Shown here: positions 1 to 8,273 of the stretch, piece after piece
Position numbering within the stretch: position 1 is the stretch's first letter
Layout: each line of letters starts with the position of its first letter
From: Candidatus Babelota bacterium
GTDB taxonomy: Bacteria; Babelota; Babeliae; Babelales; UASB340
Reading direction: 5' to 3'
Assembly (NCBI GenBank): GCA_014730005.1
Contig: WJIY01000017.1
Location: forward strand, 8,800-72,799
DNA: 64,000 nucleotides
Program-made: the position numbers and the translations under genes
The notes under the pieces: model-generated
Databases searched by the model: none
Told to the model about the DNA's origin: nothing
Seen by the model: the letters and a program-made list of their open reading frames with translations, nothing else

Positions 1-1188
1 ATTATTTCCATAATTTAATTTATCAACCTCCAGTTCCTTCCCTTCTTGATCAAACCATTCACGTTGCTCTTCTTGTCTTAAATAATTACCACGTTCATCA
101 GTAACAATTTGAAACTGATAAAAATAATCTAAAGTAGGACGCAATTTAATATCAAGATATCCCTTTGAATTCCAATCACGAGCCAAAAGAAGCTCTGAAT
201 GCATGTCAATATCTATTATAAAAGATTGTGCTTTCACCACATATTCTTTCAAACCACGTATTGTTTTTTTAATATCATCATAAGTTTCATCTTCATTAAT
301 TAACTTGCCCAAAACACCTTTACCCGTATTTATTTTTTCAACAACCTCCTCAGCTTCTCGGAAAGTTTCACGTGCCTGAACCGCTGTATCATCTATTGTT
401 ATAAAAGCAGTCCCAACTTTTTGACTAGCGTCAGAAACTTTTGGTAAAGTATCATCGGCAAAAGCAAGCGTTAAACGATTAGCATCTTTTTTAATTGATG
501 GAAAAGTTTGATTAAAATTATCTTGAATTGAAGGAATCGCTTCTTGTAAATGATGCATTGTATATTTTAAATCAATAATGGATGCATTCAAATTATCTTC
601 ATTTTTACGAATAGTTCTATCCAAAACCTCAGAAAAATCTGCCATTTTATTTGATGCTCTAGCAATACCACTAAGGGCATTTTTCATATCTATCTCACCT
701 TCAGGTGTGGCAAAAACGCTACGAAATGAAAAAGCTATATCTTGTATACTTGAGGCAATATCTTTAAATTGATCTAATAAATCACTTACTGTTGCAGGCG
801 ATTTACCCGGCATAGATAAAATACTTCCTGGCAATAAAAATCCCGTTGAAGGATCTCCAGGTTCTAAAACAAGAGTTTTCGTTCCTATTAAACCCTCTTG
901 AGTAATCATAGCATACGAATTTTTAGCAAGTTTAATATCCTTACTAACTTTCATGATTATTTCAGCTCTACCATCAGGCAATAATTCTATAGAATCCACC
1001 CATCCTACATTAACTCCTGCTATTTTTATAAAAGCGTTAACATCCAAACCGCCAGTATCATCAAAATAAGTTTTGTAAGTATTATATTGAGCTCTGTCTA
1101 AACGAAGCGAACCTATATTAATACTTAAATAAATAAAAATAGCTATTGCACTAATTATAAATAAACCAACACGCGTTTCTGCCTTCAC
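1..1188 (-). CDS. MCE/MlaD-family protein (N-terminus complete, C-terminus runs off the window start)
   Basis: Absent from the ORF track because the frame is open to nt 1. My translation from GTG at 1188 reads VKAETRVGLFIISAIAIFIYLSINIGSLRLDRAQYNTYKTYFDDTGGLDVNAFIKIAGVNVGWVDSIELLPDGRAEIIMKVSKDIKLAKNSYAMITQEGLIGTKTLVLEPGDPS. This is a TM anchor plus an MCE domain, followed by a long helical region (..DLLDQFKDIASSIQDIAFSFRSVF..). The last in-frame codons at nt 1-75 contain no stop. Confidence 0.75.
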   Translation of the reverse strand, partial: MKAETRVGLFIISAIAIFIYLSINIGSLRLDRAQYNTYKTYFDDTGGLDVNAFIKIAGVNVGWVDSIELLPDGRAEIIMKVSKDIKLAKNSYAMITQEGLIGTKTLVLEPGDPSTGFLLPGSILSMPGKSPATVSDLLDQFKDIASSIQDIAFSFRSVFATPEGEIDMKNALSGIARASNKMADFSEVLDRTIRKNEDNLNASIIDLKYTMHHLQEAIPSIQDNFNQTFPSIKKDANRLTLAFADDTLPKVSDASQKVGTAFITIDDTAVQARETFREAEEVVEKINTGKGVLGKLINEDETYDDIKKTIRGLKEYVVKAQSFIIDIDMHSELLLARDWNSKGYLDIKLRPTLDYFYQFQIVTDERGNYLRQEEQREWFDQEGKELEVDKLNYGNN

Positions 1189-1218
1189 AAGACCACCCTA
1201 TCTTGTTACTAAAAAAAC

Positions 1219-2337
1219 TTAAATCCAATACATTTTAACAATTTTCAAAATTTTATTATTCGACTTCTCCTTTTTTTCAGAATCTTTATCTTTAGCTTCT
1301 TTTTTCTTATTTTGTTTTATTTCTTCGATTTTATTTTCTTTTTCATCCAAAACTTTTATAATAGCCAAAACTTTTTGTTCTACTCCTTCAATAATACCAC
1401 AAGATAGCACAGAATATGATTGTGTACCAAATTCTTTAGCTAAAATTTTATTTAAAACATTTAATGTTTTTGGTTTAGCACCAAAAATTGGTTGTAGATA
1501 ATTCCAATTTTTTTCCCAATCAGCACCCCAATTTTTTTTATAATTTTCGATCAATATTCTATATTTATCTTTAAGTTTTTGTGCATCATTAGCCACTGGC
1601 CGACGCAAGTTTAAAATAGCACACAATGAATCGGATGCAAATAATAACTCTATTTTGTCATCAAAGGACCATGTAGTAAAAAGATCCTGTAAATAAATTG
1701 AATCATTTGGTTGAGCTAATTTACCTTTTTCAGGTAGTTGTGGTGGTTGATAAAACACATTTAAATTTTCAAATCCTTCAATTTCAATAAGTTCAGTTAC
1801 ATCACTTAATTCATTTTTTCTTTCCTTAAAAAATTCTGTTAATTTTTTTAAAATCTCACCCTCCGCAAACTTTCTTTTAATATACAACCCTTTTAAAAGT
1901 TCTGCATATTCTTTTTTAAACTCCTGTTTTTCAAAATCAAAAGCTTTATTTATATTTATTTTTCCATCTTCACAAGTTATACAAAATTTAATTTGTCCAT
2001 CAATCCCATCGATATTTTTATATAGATTAAAAATTTGCCATTTATTTAAATTGGGCAATATACGTGATAAAAAATTTTTAAATCTTTTTTCTGGATTTTC
2101 TTTTTGCCCAACCCTACTTTCTTCTTCCTCTTTAGCATTTCTTTCTTGTAACTGAGAAATAGCTAAATTGAAGCCTCCTAAAGCAAGGGCCCGAGCCTTT
2201 TGTGTAGCAACAACTCTTTTATCAAAATTTACACCAACCCAAATACTTCTGAACAATTGTTGAGTTAAAAAAGCAATTAATGAAAGTATTAATAAAGTAA
2301 AAAGTAAAATTGAACCTTTATTTTTTTTTAACATCAA
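1219..2337 (-). CDS. gspK: minor pseudopilin, GspK-like (T2SS)
   Basis: Last gene of an F-G-H-I-J-K ordered operon. It has an N-terminal hydrophobic pilin-like helix without Glu5 (KGSILLFTLLILSLIAFL), typical of GspK, and a size of 372 aa. The C-terminal Lys/Glu-rich tail is unusual. Confidence 0.5.
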   Translation of the reverse strand: MMLKKNKGSILLFTLLILSLIAFLTQQLFRSIWVGVNFDKRVVATQKARALALGGFNLAISQLQERNAKEEEESRVGQKENPEKRFKNFLSRILPNLNKWQIFNLYKNIDGIDGQIKFCITCEDGKININKAFDFEKQEFKKEYAELLKGLYIKRKFAEGEILKKLTEFFKERKNELSDVTELIEIEGFENLNVFYQPPQLPEKGKLAQPNDSIYLQDLFTTWSFDDKIELLFASDSLCAILNLRRPVANDAQKLKDKYRILIENYKKNWGADWEKNWNYLQPIFGAKPKTLNVLNKILAKEFGTQSYSVLSCGIIEGVEQKVLAIIKVLDEKENKIEEIKQNKKKEAKDKDSEKKEKSNNKILKIVKMYWI

Positions 2338-2355
2338 TTACTTGCCTTTTAAAAC

Positions 2356-3351
2356 TTAAACATTTGATGATTTTTCAGGAATATTTGCTTGCTGTTTTTT
2401 ATCGTCCGCTTTTTTTTGTTCTTCTACCTTTGTTTTCTCATCTTTTCTCTTATCTTCTTTTAAAGTAGGGAAAGTCAAAATTGGAATAGAAGCATTCCAA
2501 CTAAATTGTTGTTGTAAATTATCATTCCAAAAAACAATATAATATTCAACTTTTTGCGGTACCTGATAATCAAACTTTGCTTTATCTGTTTGTTTTTTAT
2601 CACTTTTTTGTAACAAATTATTTTTTATATATTCCATATTCCAAACAAAAGATTTTAAAACATCTTTATCTTCTTTTTTTAATGTTGAAATGTCCTTATT
2701 TTTATCATCTGACACCTTCAAATACACGTACTCTAAATACATTTCTTTTATATTTTCAGCCACATTAAATTTTCTAATTACATGTTTCTTTTCACGTGCA
2801 CGCATCTCCTCGGACTCTTTAAAATCAAAATTATCCAAATCAAAAGTTTCTTTTCGTACTAAATCATAACTTGTTTTATCATTTAAACTTCTCTTCTTAT
2901 TTTTAATTAATTCATATTTAATACGAACAAACCTAGACCTTCTTTGTCCATAAATCTGCAATGGATTGGTTGAAATGAAATTAACACTTTTAAAAAGCTC
3001 CCATTTTTTACCTTCAATTCGACGATATTCATCTTCATAGATATCACCATGAAAATATTTCTTATCTTCAGTTTCTTTTTTTTGTAATCCAATATCACTA
3101 GGTTTTTTATCTAGATCCTTTGCCTCTTTTAATATTGGAATAAATGCAGCAGAAAGATCCTTTTGCATTTGTTCAATTAACAAACACACATTACGATTAA
3201 CAATCATTCTATCTCTTGAGTTGTTCATAAACAGAATAAGATTTCTATACAATTGTATCATTCCAAAAATAATAAAGCTGGAAATAGAAAGCGCTATTAA
3301 AACCTCTATTAAAGTAAAAGCTAAGTTATTTTTTTTTGTTTTTATCATCAA
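2356..3351 (-). CDS. gspJ: minor pseudopilin, GspJ-like (T2SS), enlarged
   Basis: Prepilin-type N-terminus KKNNLA|FTLIEVLIALSISS with Glu5. Its position after the GspI-like gene, with a 4-nt ATGA overlap, supports the call. It is larger (331 aa) than usual and has a K/E-rich tail. Confidence 0.5.
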   Translation of the reverse strand: MMIKTKKNNLAFTLIEVLIALSISSFIIFGMIQLYRNLILFMNNSRDRMIVNRNVCLLIEQMQKDLSAAFIPILKEAKDLDKKPSDIGLQKKETEDKKYFHGDIYEDEYRRIEGKKWELFKSVNFISTNPLQIYGQRRSRFVRIKYELIKNKKRSLNDKTSYDLVRKETFDLDNFDFKESEEMRAREKKHVIRKFNVAENIKEMYLEYVYLKVSDDKNKDISTLKKEDKDVLKSFVWNMEYIKNNLLQKSDKKQTDKAKFDYQVPQKVEYYIVFWNDNLQQQFSWNASIPILTFPTLKEDKRKDEKTKVEEQKKADDKKQQANIPEKSSNV

Positions 3352-3746
3352 CTTTTATTTTCTTTTTCAGGAATTAAAACGAAAGTTAACATTTCCAAAT
3401 TAAAATTATCTGGTCCATTTTGCCATTCTCCAACAGATTCAACAATATGAATAAAATCTTTAAAATCTATCAGAGAAGACTTTTTATTAATTTCACTTAA
3501 CTGTGTTGTAATCTTTACATTAGGATTTTCTATATTTTCAATCCAAGGCTTATCCTTTACAGGCTGCTTTAAATAAAAATCTAATAAAATTTTTTCAACA
3601 AGAAAAATTCTATTTAACTTATCAGAACTATTTTGCAACCTGTTTACAAATTTTAAATGCAAGCTAGTTAATATAGAAACAGCACTTACTAAAATAAATA
3701 ATGATAAAATAACTTCTAATAATGTAAAACCTGACTTTTTTTTCAT
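3348..3746 (-). CDS. gspI: minor pseudopilin, GspI-like (T2SS)
   Basis: Canonical prepilin motif MKKKSG|FTLLEVILSLFILV. The size (132 aa) and operon position support the call. Confidence 0.55.
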   Translation of the reverse strand: MKKKSGFTLLEVILSLFILVSAVSILTSLHLKFVNRLQNSSDKLNRIFLVEKILLDFYLKQPVKDKPWIENIENPNVKITTQLSEINKKSSLIDFKDFIHIVESVGEWQNGPDNFNLEMLTFVLIPEKENKS

Positions 3747-3751
3747 ATAAA

Positions 3752-4306
3752 TTATTTTTCCAGCCTTACGAAATTTTCAACAAGTTCAAATTTTCCCAAA
3801 AAAGGTGCAATCTTAAATGTTACTTTATCTTCTTGATCATCTTTTTTATTAATAATATGAATAATTATAGGTTGCACTAAGCCATTTGGAATTATATAAC
3901 AATATGCATAATCTTTATTTTGTTCAAATTCATTTTGTTTTCCATGATATAATGCTTGCATGCGAATATTATAAGGTAAAGTATATTTTGTTTGAAAATA
4001 ACTTGAAAAAACTTGTTCATAAACTTTTTTACTCGAATCTTCAGGATATTTTTCTTCTTGTTCAACTAAAACAAAATCAGGCTCAGTAATATTTGATTTA
4101 AATGTAAGTCTATAATTTTTTTGAGTTGCAATTGCTTCTTGTCTTGCATAATAAAGTAAATCATTAAATTCATTTAAAACTGTATTCAATTCAGTAACAG
4201 GTTCTTTTGTAATCAACCATCTTGGAATTATGGTTGCCATAATCGATACGACAACCATAACCATAATAATCTCTATCAAAGTAAATGCTGAATTGTATTT
4301 TCTCAA
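3752..4306 (-). CDS. gspH: minor pseudopilin, GspH-like (T2SS)
   Basis: Prepilin motif RKYNSA|FTLIEIIMVMVVVS. It is 184 aa and lies directly downstream of gspG. Confidence 0.55.
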   Translation of the reverse strand: MRKYNSAFTLIEIIMVMVVVSIMATIIPRWLITKEPVTELNTVLNEFNDLLYYARQEAIATQKNYRLTFKSNITEPDFVLVEQEEKYPEDSSKKVYEQVFSSYFQTKYTLPYNIRMQALYHGKQNEFEQNKDYAYCYIIPNGLVQPIIIHIINKKDDQEDKVTFKIAPFLGKFELVENFVRLEK

Positions 4307-4312
4307 AAAAAA

Positions 4313-4747
4313 TTAACCTCCAACTATAATTTCAGCATTTTCTCCGATACCTCCTTCTTGTCCATCGGCACCATATGAAATTATTTCTAAATACCTAAAT
4401 TTTTTAGATTTTACCGGAGGAATATTAAGCTCTAATTCATTACCCCACTTATCTAAAAGATCATCCTCACTATCCAAATAAGGACCATTCCAATTTTCAA
4501 CACCCTGTGGTTTTTCTATAAGTGCTCTTAAACCACCTTCTCTTTTTGTTGGATAATGACCTACATTATTTTTATATTCAACCAATGCATCCTTTACTTT
4601 TCCCATTTTAAGTTTCGTAAGAGCAACATCTGATTGAGCTATTCTTCTGTATAAAGTAGGCCCTAAAAACGCAAACAAAAAACCTATGATTGCTAAAACA
4701 ATCAATATTTCTATCATTGTAAAAGCAGAACTTTTTTGAAAAATCAT
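4313..4747 (-). CDS. gspG: type II secretion major pseudopilin GspG
   Basis: N-terminus QKSSA|FTMIEILIVLAIIG. GspG-type body motifs are present: GHYPTKREGGLRALIEKP, WNGPYL, DKWGNE, ISYGADGQEGG. Confidence 0.8.
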   Translation of the reverse strand: MIFQKSSAFTMIEILIVLAIIGFLFAFLGPTLYRRIAQSDVALTKLKMGKVKDALVEYKNNVGHYPTKREGGLRALIEKPQGVENWNGPYLDSEDDLLDKWGNELELNIPPVKSKKFRYLEIISYGADGQEGGIGENAEIIVGG

Positions 4748-4763
4748 AAAAAAACTCCTTTAT

Positions 4764-5978
4764 TTAAAATCCTTGTATATTTCCCATTTCCATTATTGGT
4801 AAAAATATAGAAATAACAATAAACGCAATAATCAAACCTGTAAATATAGTCATAACAGGTCCAATTTTACTTATCAACGATTCTGTCAACTCGGAAAGTT
4901 CACCGTCGTAATCTTGTCCTACGGTTAAAAGCATTTGTGCTAATTGACCAGATTGCTCACCTGTTTTTATCATATAAATTGCAATATTTGGAAAAAGACC
5001 AGTCTCTTGTAAATATTTTGCAATTTTACCTTCTTTAATAATTTTTTCTCTTGCAGCTTGAAGCTTTACAACTAAAACCTTATTTTCAACTATATTACAA
5101 ACAATATCAAGTGCCTCTGCTAAATTGACATCTGCTTCTAACAACATTCCCAATGTTTTACTAAATTGCACAACAGCTTTTGTTCTTGAAAAATAAGAAG
5201 TCATGGGAAATTTTAAAAAAAGCTTATCTAATTTGTACCTTCCTGATGAGGTTGACTTCCAATAGGTAAAAATTAAAACAAGAACTAAAAAACTAATTAA
5301 TAAAATTAAATAATAATTTAAAACAAAATCAGAAATATTTTTCAAAAATAATGTAGGCGCAGGCAATTCCTGGCCCATTTTTAAAAACATATCAGTAATT
5401 CTAGGAACAAGAACTGCCAATAAAGCAATAACAACTATAATCGAAAAAGAAATCATAAAGATAGGATAAGCCATTGCCTTGCGAATCTTTTTTTTAGTTT
5501 CTTCAGATTTTTCAAGATACTCAACAAGTCTTTGTAAAATTAAATATAAATTTCCACTTGCTTCACCCGCTTTTACAAGTTGCACATAAACATTAGAAAA
5601 TATTTTTGGATATTTATTTAATTGATTTGCTAAAGAATCACCGGCTTTTAATCCATCTTTAATATTTATTAAAATTCTTTTAAAACCCTTATCAAACTGT
5701 TCAATCAAAAGTTCAAATGCTTGCAATAAAGGTACTCCAGATTTCAATAAAACAGATAACTGTTTTGTAAAAATAATCTTTGTTTTTGTATCTAATTGTC
5801 GTTCAAAAAGCCCCCAAAAACTAAATTTTTTAGATTCAATTCCTGCTTCTTTTATTTTTATGGGCATTAAACCTTGACCTTTTAAAATTTCTCTTGCTGA
5901 TTGCATGGAAGAGGCATCTATTGTCCCAGAAATCCTTTTTCCCTTTCGATTAAACGAATCATACCAATAAAGAGGCAT
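4764..5978 (-). CDS. gspF: type II secretion / type IV pilus platform protein GspF/PilC family
   Basis: 404-aa polytopic protein with a duplicated T2SF-type domain architecture. Supporting motifs: N-terminus YWYDSFNRKGKRISGTIDASSMQSAREILKGQGLMP and C-terminus TGEQSGQLAQML. It lies immediately upstream of gspG. Confidence 0.85.
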   Translation of the reverse strand: MPLYWYDSFNRKGKRISGTIDASSMQSAREILKGQGLMPIKIKEAGIESKKFSFWGLFERQLDTKTKIIFTKQLSVLLKSGVPLLQAFELLIEQFDKGFKRILINIKDGLKAGDSLANQLNKYPKIFSNVYVQLVKAGEASGNLYLILQRLVEYLEKSEETKKKIRKAMAYPIFMISFSIIVVIALLAVLVPRITDMFLKMGQELPAPTLFLKNISDFVLNYYLILLISFLVLVLIFTYWKSTSSGRYKLDKLFLKFPMTSYFSRTKAVVQFSKTLGMLLEADVNLAEALDIVCNIVENKVLVVKLQAAREKIIKEGKIAKYLQETGLFPNIAIYMIKTGEQSGQLAQMLLTVGQDYDGELSELTESLISKIGPVMTIFTGLIIAFIVISIFLPIMEMGNIQGF

Positions 5979-6095
5979 TAAATATCTCCATAAATATAAT
6001 TTTGCTTGAAAAAAATTTAACTTGAGTGTTAGTATAACTCAGCTAAAATGATTTTATACAAGTTATTTTAATAATTTATCCGAAAGGAGCTCCGG

Positions 6096-7214
6096 ATGAA
6101 AATAAAAAATACAAGTTCTTTCATCCTTATTTTAATATTTATAACTTTTAGTTCTAATGCTTTTGCAAAAAATAAAAATTTCATAGAACCTAAAACTGAT
6201 ATTACTAAATATTTAGGATTAGATGAAATAACACCATCTCAATTTAGTACAATAAGCATAAAATATTATTTCAAAGATTTACAAAACCAACTTAATACAG
6301 AAAAACATAGTTACTCAAATGAAAAAAACAAAACAACACTTTTTAATGAATCTTTAACAAATTATGTAAAAGGAATTTATAATTTAAACTCTTACGCTAA
6401 TTTCTTGTCACAAAATGGAACACATGTTGTCGAATTTTTAGAATTAGGAAACGAATTAGATCTCAATACACAATCTTTATATACAGGCATAAGATTGTTT
6501 TATAACAAAATAAAATCATGTGAATTAATTGATGATAGTGTTATAATACAAATTCTTGAAGCTATGCCAATGTTAGAAAAATATTTTGATTTAGAGGAAG
6601 AATACAAAACTCCATCCTTAGAATCATTAACAAAAAACATTGAACATGAACTGCTTTTTCATTTTACTGAACATCTAAAAGATTTTAATACTCAACCAAA
6701 TAATTTTATAAAAGAACTTTCATATAACATTAGTCAAATGACAAAAGACGAATTGCAAGAAATCCAAAAATTAACAGAAAAAAAAGAAATACGAGACCGT
6801 TTGCGTCAAATAACTATTAGATTTTTTGAAATTGCTTTAAGTAAAACAATTTGGAATCAATTATCACCTGAAGGCGTTTGGAATTCTGTAATTTCTATTG
6901 CAAATGGGCTTCAATTATTAGGAGTTCACGGAATTATAGATCATATGGATGATCTTGATGATATGCTTTGGTCTTTAACTCACCGTTTTTGTTATTTTTT
7001 AGATTTAACAGGCTCTGCTTTACCTTTAGATTTTTACGAAGAAGTTGAATCCGATTTAGAAAATAAAGTTGTATTTTTTCTTGAAGCACAAGAACAAGAT
7101 GAAGAAATAATCACCAAAAAAGAAACAATTGCTCAAACCATTTTAAAAGCAAAAACAAAAGCTATTGCATTTGAAGAAAAAGGAATATTTACAGATCAAT
7201 TAATAGATTCATAG
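6096..7214 (+). CDS. secreted hypothetical protein (helical, acidic)
   Basis: Signal peptide MKIKNTSSFILILIFITFSSNAFA|KNK. AGGAG lies upstream of the ATG (gaaaggagctccggATG). No family recognised. Confidence 0.6.
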   Translation: MKIKNTSSFILILIFITFSSNAFAKNKNFIEPKTDITKYLGLDEITPSQFSTISIKYYFKDLQNQLNTEKHSYSNEKNKTTLFNESLTNYVKGIYNLNSYANFLSQNGTHVVEFLELGNELDLNTQSLYTGIRLFYNKIKSCELIDDSVIIQILEAMPMLEKYFDLEEEYKTPSLESLTKNIEHELLFHFTEHLKDFNTQPNNFIKELSYNISQMTKDELQEIQKLTEKKEIRDRLRQITIRFFEIALSKTIWNQLSPEGVWNSVISIANGLQLLGVHGIIDHMDDLDDMLWSLTHRFCYFLDLTGSALPLDFYEEVESDLENKVVFFLEAQEQDEEIITKKETIAQTILKAKTKAIAFEEKGIFTDQLIDS

Positions 7215-7215
7215 A

Positions 7216-7272
7216 TATATTTTGCAATTAAATGAAGCAATATGATATTGCCTTATTTAATTGCAAAATATA
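7216..7272. terminator. 18-bp perfect inverted repeat between convergent genes (candidate bidirectional terminator)
   Basis: tatattttgcaattaaat (7216-7233) is the exact reverse complement of atttaattgcaaaatata (7255-7272), with a 21-nt spacer. It sits between the stop of 6096-7214 (+) and the 3' end of 7257-7742 (-). The stem is AT-only, so its stability is modest. Confidence 0.4.
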
Positions 7273-7742
7273 CAAATTCTATTATTATTATCATTAGAAA
7301 TAATATATGACTGGTTTCTTTTAAAATGAGGCGATTGATTCCTCCTTGTTATTAAATTATAATCAATATTTTCTGAATTAAAAAAAATGACCGTTTTTTG
7401 TAAAAAATTAAAAACTATAGAATCAATAAAATCATCCTTACAAATAATTCCTTCTTTAAAAAAATCAATTCCAAAAATATTTTCTATATTAGTTTTCAAA
7501 CTATTATATTTTTTTTTATAAACACAAATTTTGCTATCACCCATTATAAATATTCGCATCTCATTAATAGATTCTTTACAATTGTCGTAAAAAATCTTAC
7601 ATCGCTCAAAAATATCTTTAATTTGATCATCAGGTATACATGCATTTGTCAATTCTTCGCTCATACCTAAAACATTAGATATTAGAAAAATGAAAAATAA
7701 AATAAACAAAAAATATTTTTTTATATTTATTTTAATATTCAT
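7257..7742 (-). CDS. small secreted Cys-containing hypothetical protein (paralogue of 7745-8260)
   Basis: Signal peptide KKYFLFILFFIFLISNVLG|MSEE and seven Cys residues. The C-terminal segment SIVFNFLQKTVIFFNSEN aligns with SLIFDFVNKKIQFSGND of the upstream gene. Confidence 0.55.
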   Translation of the reverse strand: MNIKINIKKYFLFILFFIFLISNVLGMSEELTNACIPDDQIKDIFERCKIFYDNCKESINEMRIFIMGDSKICVYKKKYNSLKTNIENIFGIDFFKEGIICKDDFIDSIVFNFLQKTVIFFNSENIDYNLITRRNQSPHFKRNQSYIISNDNNNRICIFCN

Positions 7743-7744
7743 AA

Positions 7745-8260
7745 TTAATAATCCACAAAAGCATTATTTTCAGGCATATCATTACCAGAAAATTGAATTT
7801 TTTTGTTAACAAAATCAAAAATTAAACTTTTAACAAGAATTTCATTAGTATACTCAAACTCCCAATTTTTTAAATTATTAGACAACAATATTTTAAAAAA
7901 TTCTATTGTTAAATAAAACATATCCTCTGTAAATTTAATACCGTAATGACTTAAACATAAATTAATTTTAGTTTGTTTAAAATCATTTATAGATACTTTT
8001 GAAAATTGTGCCATGAAATAATTAAAAAGATTTGAAAGCTTTTTTTTGTTTGAAAGATTAAAATCATCTAACAATTTTCCTGTTCCTAATACTTTATTGC
8101 AAAAATAAAACATCAAATTCAACTTTAAAGCTTCATCTTTTGTAAGTTCTTTTGCTTCAATCGCTCTCAATTTAATTTTAAATTCATCAGAAAAAATTGA
8201 AAATAAATTGTTTGAAATGAAATTTAATGCAATTAATAAAGTAAAAAATATTTTTCTCAT
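7745..8260 (-). CDS. small secreted hypothetical protein (paralogue of 7257-7742)
   Basis: I prefer the ATG at 8260 (MRKIFFTLLIALNFISNNLFS..., signal-peptide-like). AAGGAG (8268-8273) sits 7 nt upstream of it and overlaps the OMP stop codon. The ORF-track start at 8296 would overlap the OMP gene by 25 nt. Confidence 0.55.
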   Translation of the reverse strand: MRKIFFTLLIALNFISNNLFSIFSDEFKIKLRAIEAKELTKDEALKLNLMFYFCNKVLGTGKLLDDFNLSNKKKLSNLFNYFMAQFSKVSINDFKQTKINLCLSHYGIKFTEDMFYLTIEFFKILLSNNLKNWEFEYTNEILVKSLIFDFVNKKIQFSGNDMPENNAFVDY

Positions 8261-8267
8261 TACACGT

Positions 8268-8273
8268 CTCCTT
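8268..8273 (-). promoter_or_regulatory. Shine-Dalgarno AAGGAG overlapping the upstream stop codon (translational coupling)
   Basis: The minus-strand sequence reads TTTTTAAGGAGACGTGTAATGAGAAAA. The TAA of the OMP gene is at 8272-8274, inside this string. Confidence 0.5.

Noticed and set aside
578-772. 64-aa + strand ORF
   Set aside because: It lies entirely antisense inside the MCE-family gene, whose minus-strand frame is open from 1188 to nt 1 and has clear domain homology. The ORF has no RBS and a low-complexity translation.
1219-5978. Interpretation as a type IV pilus (pilC plus pilins) locus
   Set aside because: The 144-aa major subunit has GspG-type motifs (YPT...GL.AL, W.GPYL, DKWG, GADG..GG). 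The F-G-H-I-J-K order and subunit sizes fit a T2SS. T4P affiliation cannot be fully excluded without phylogeny.
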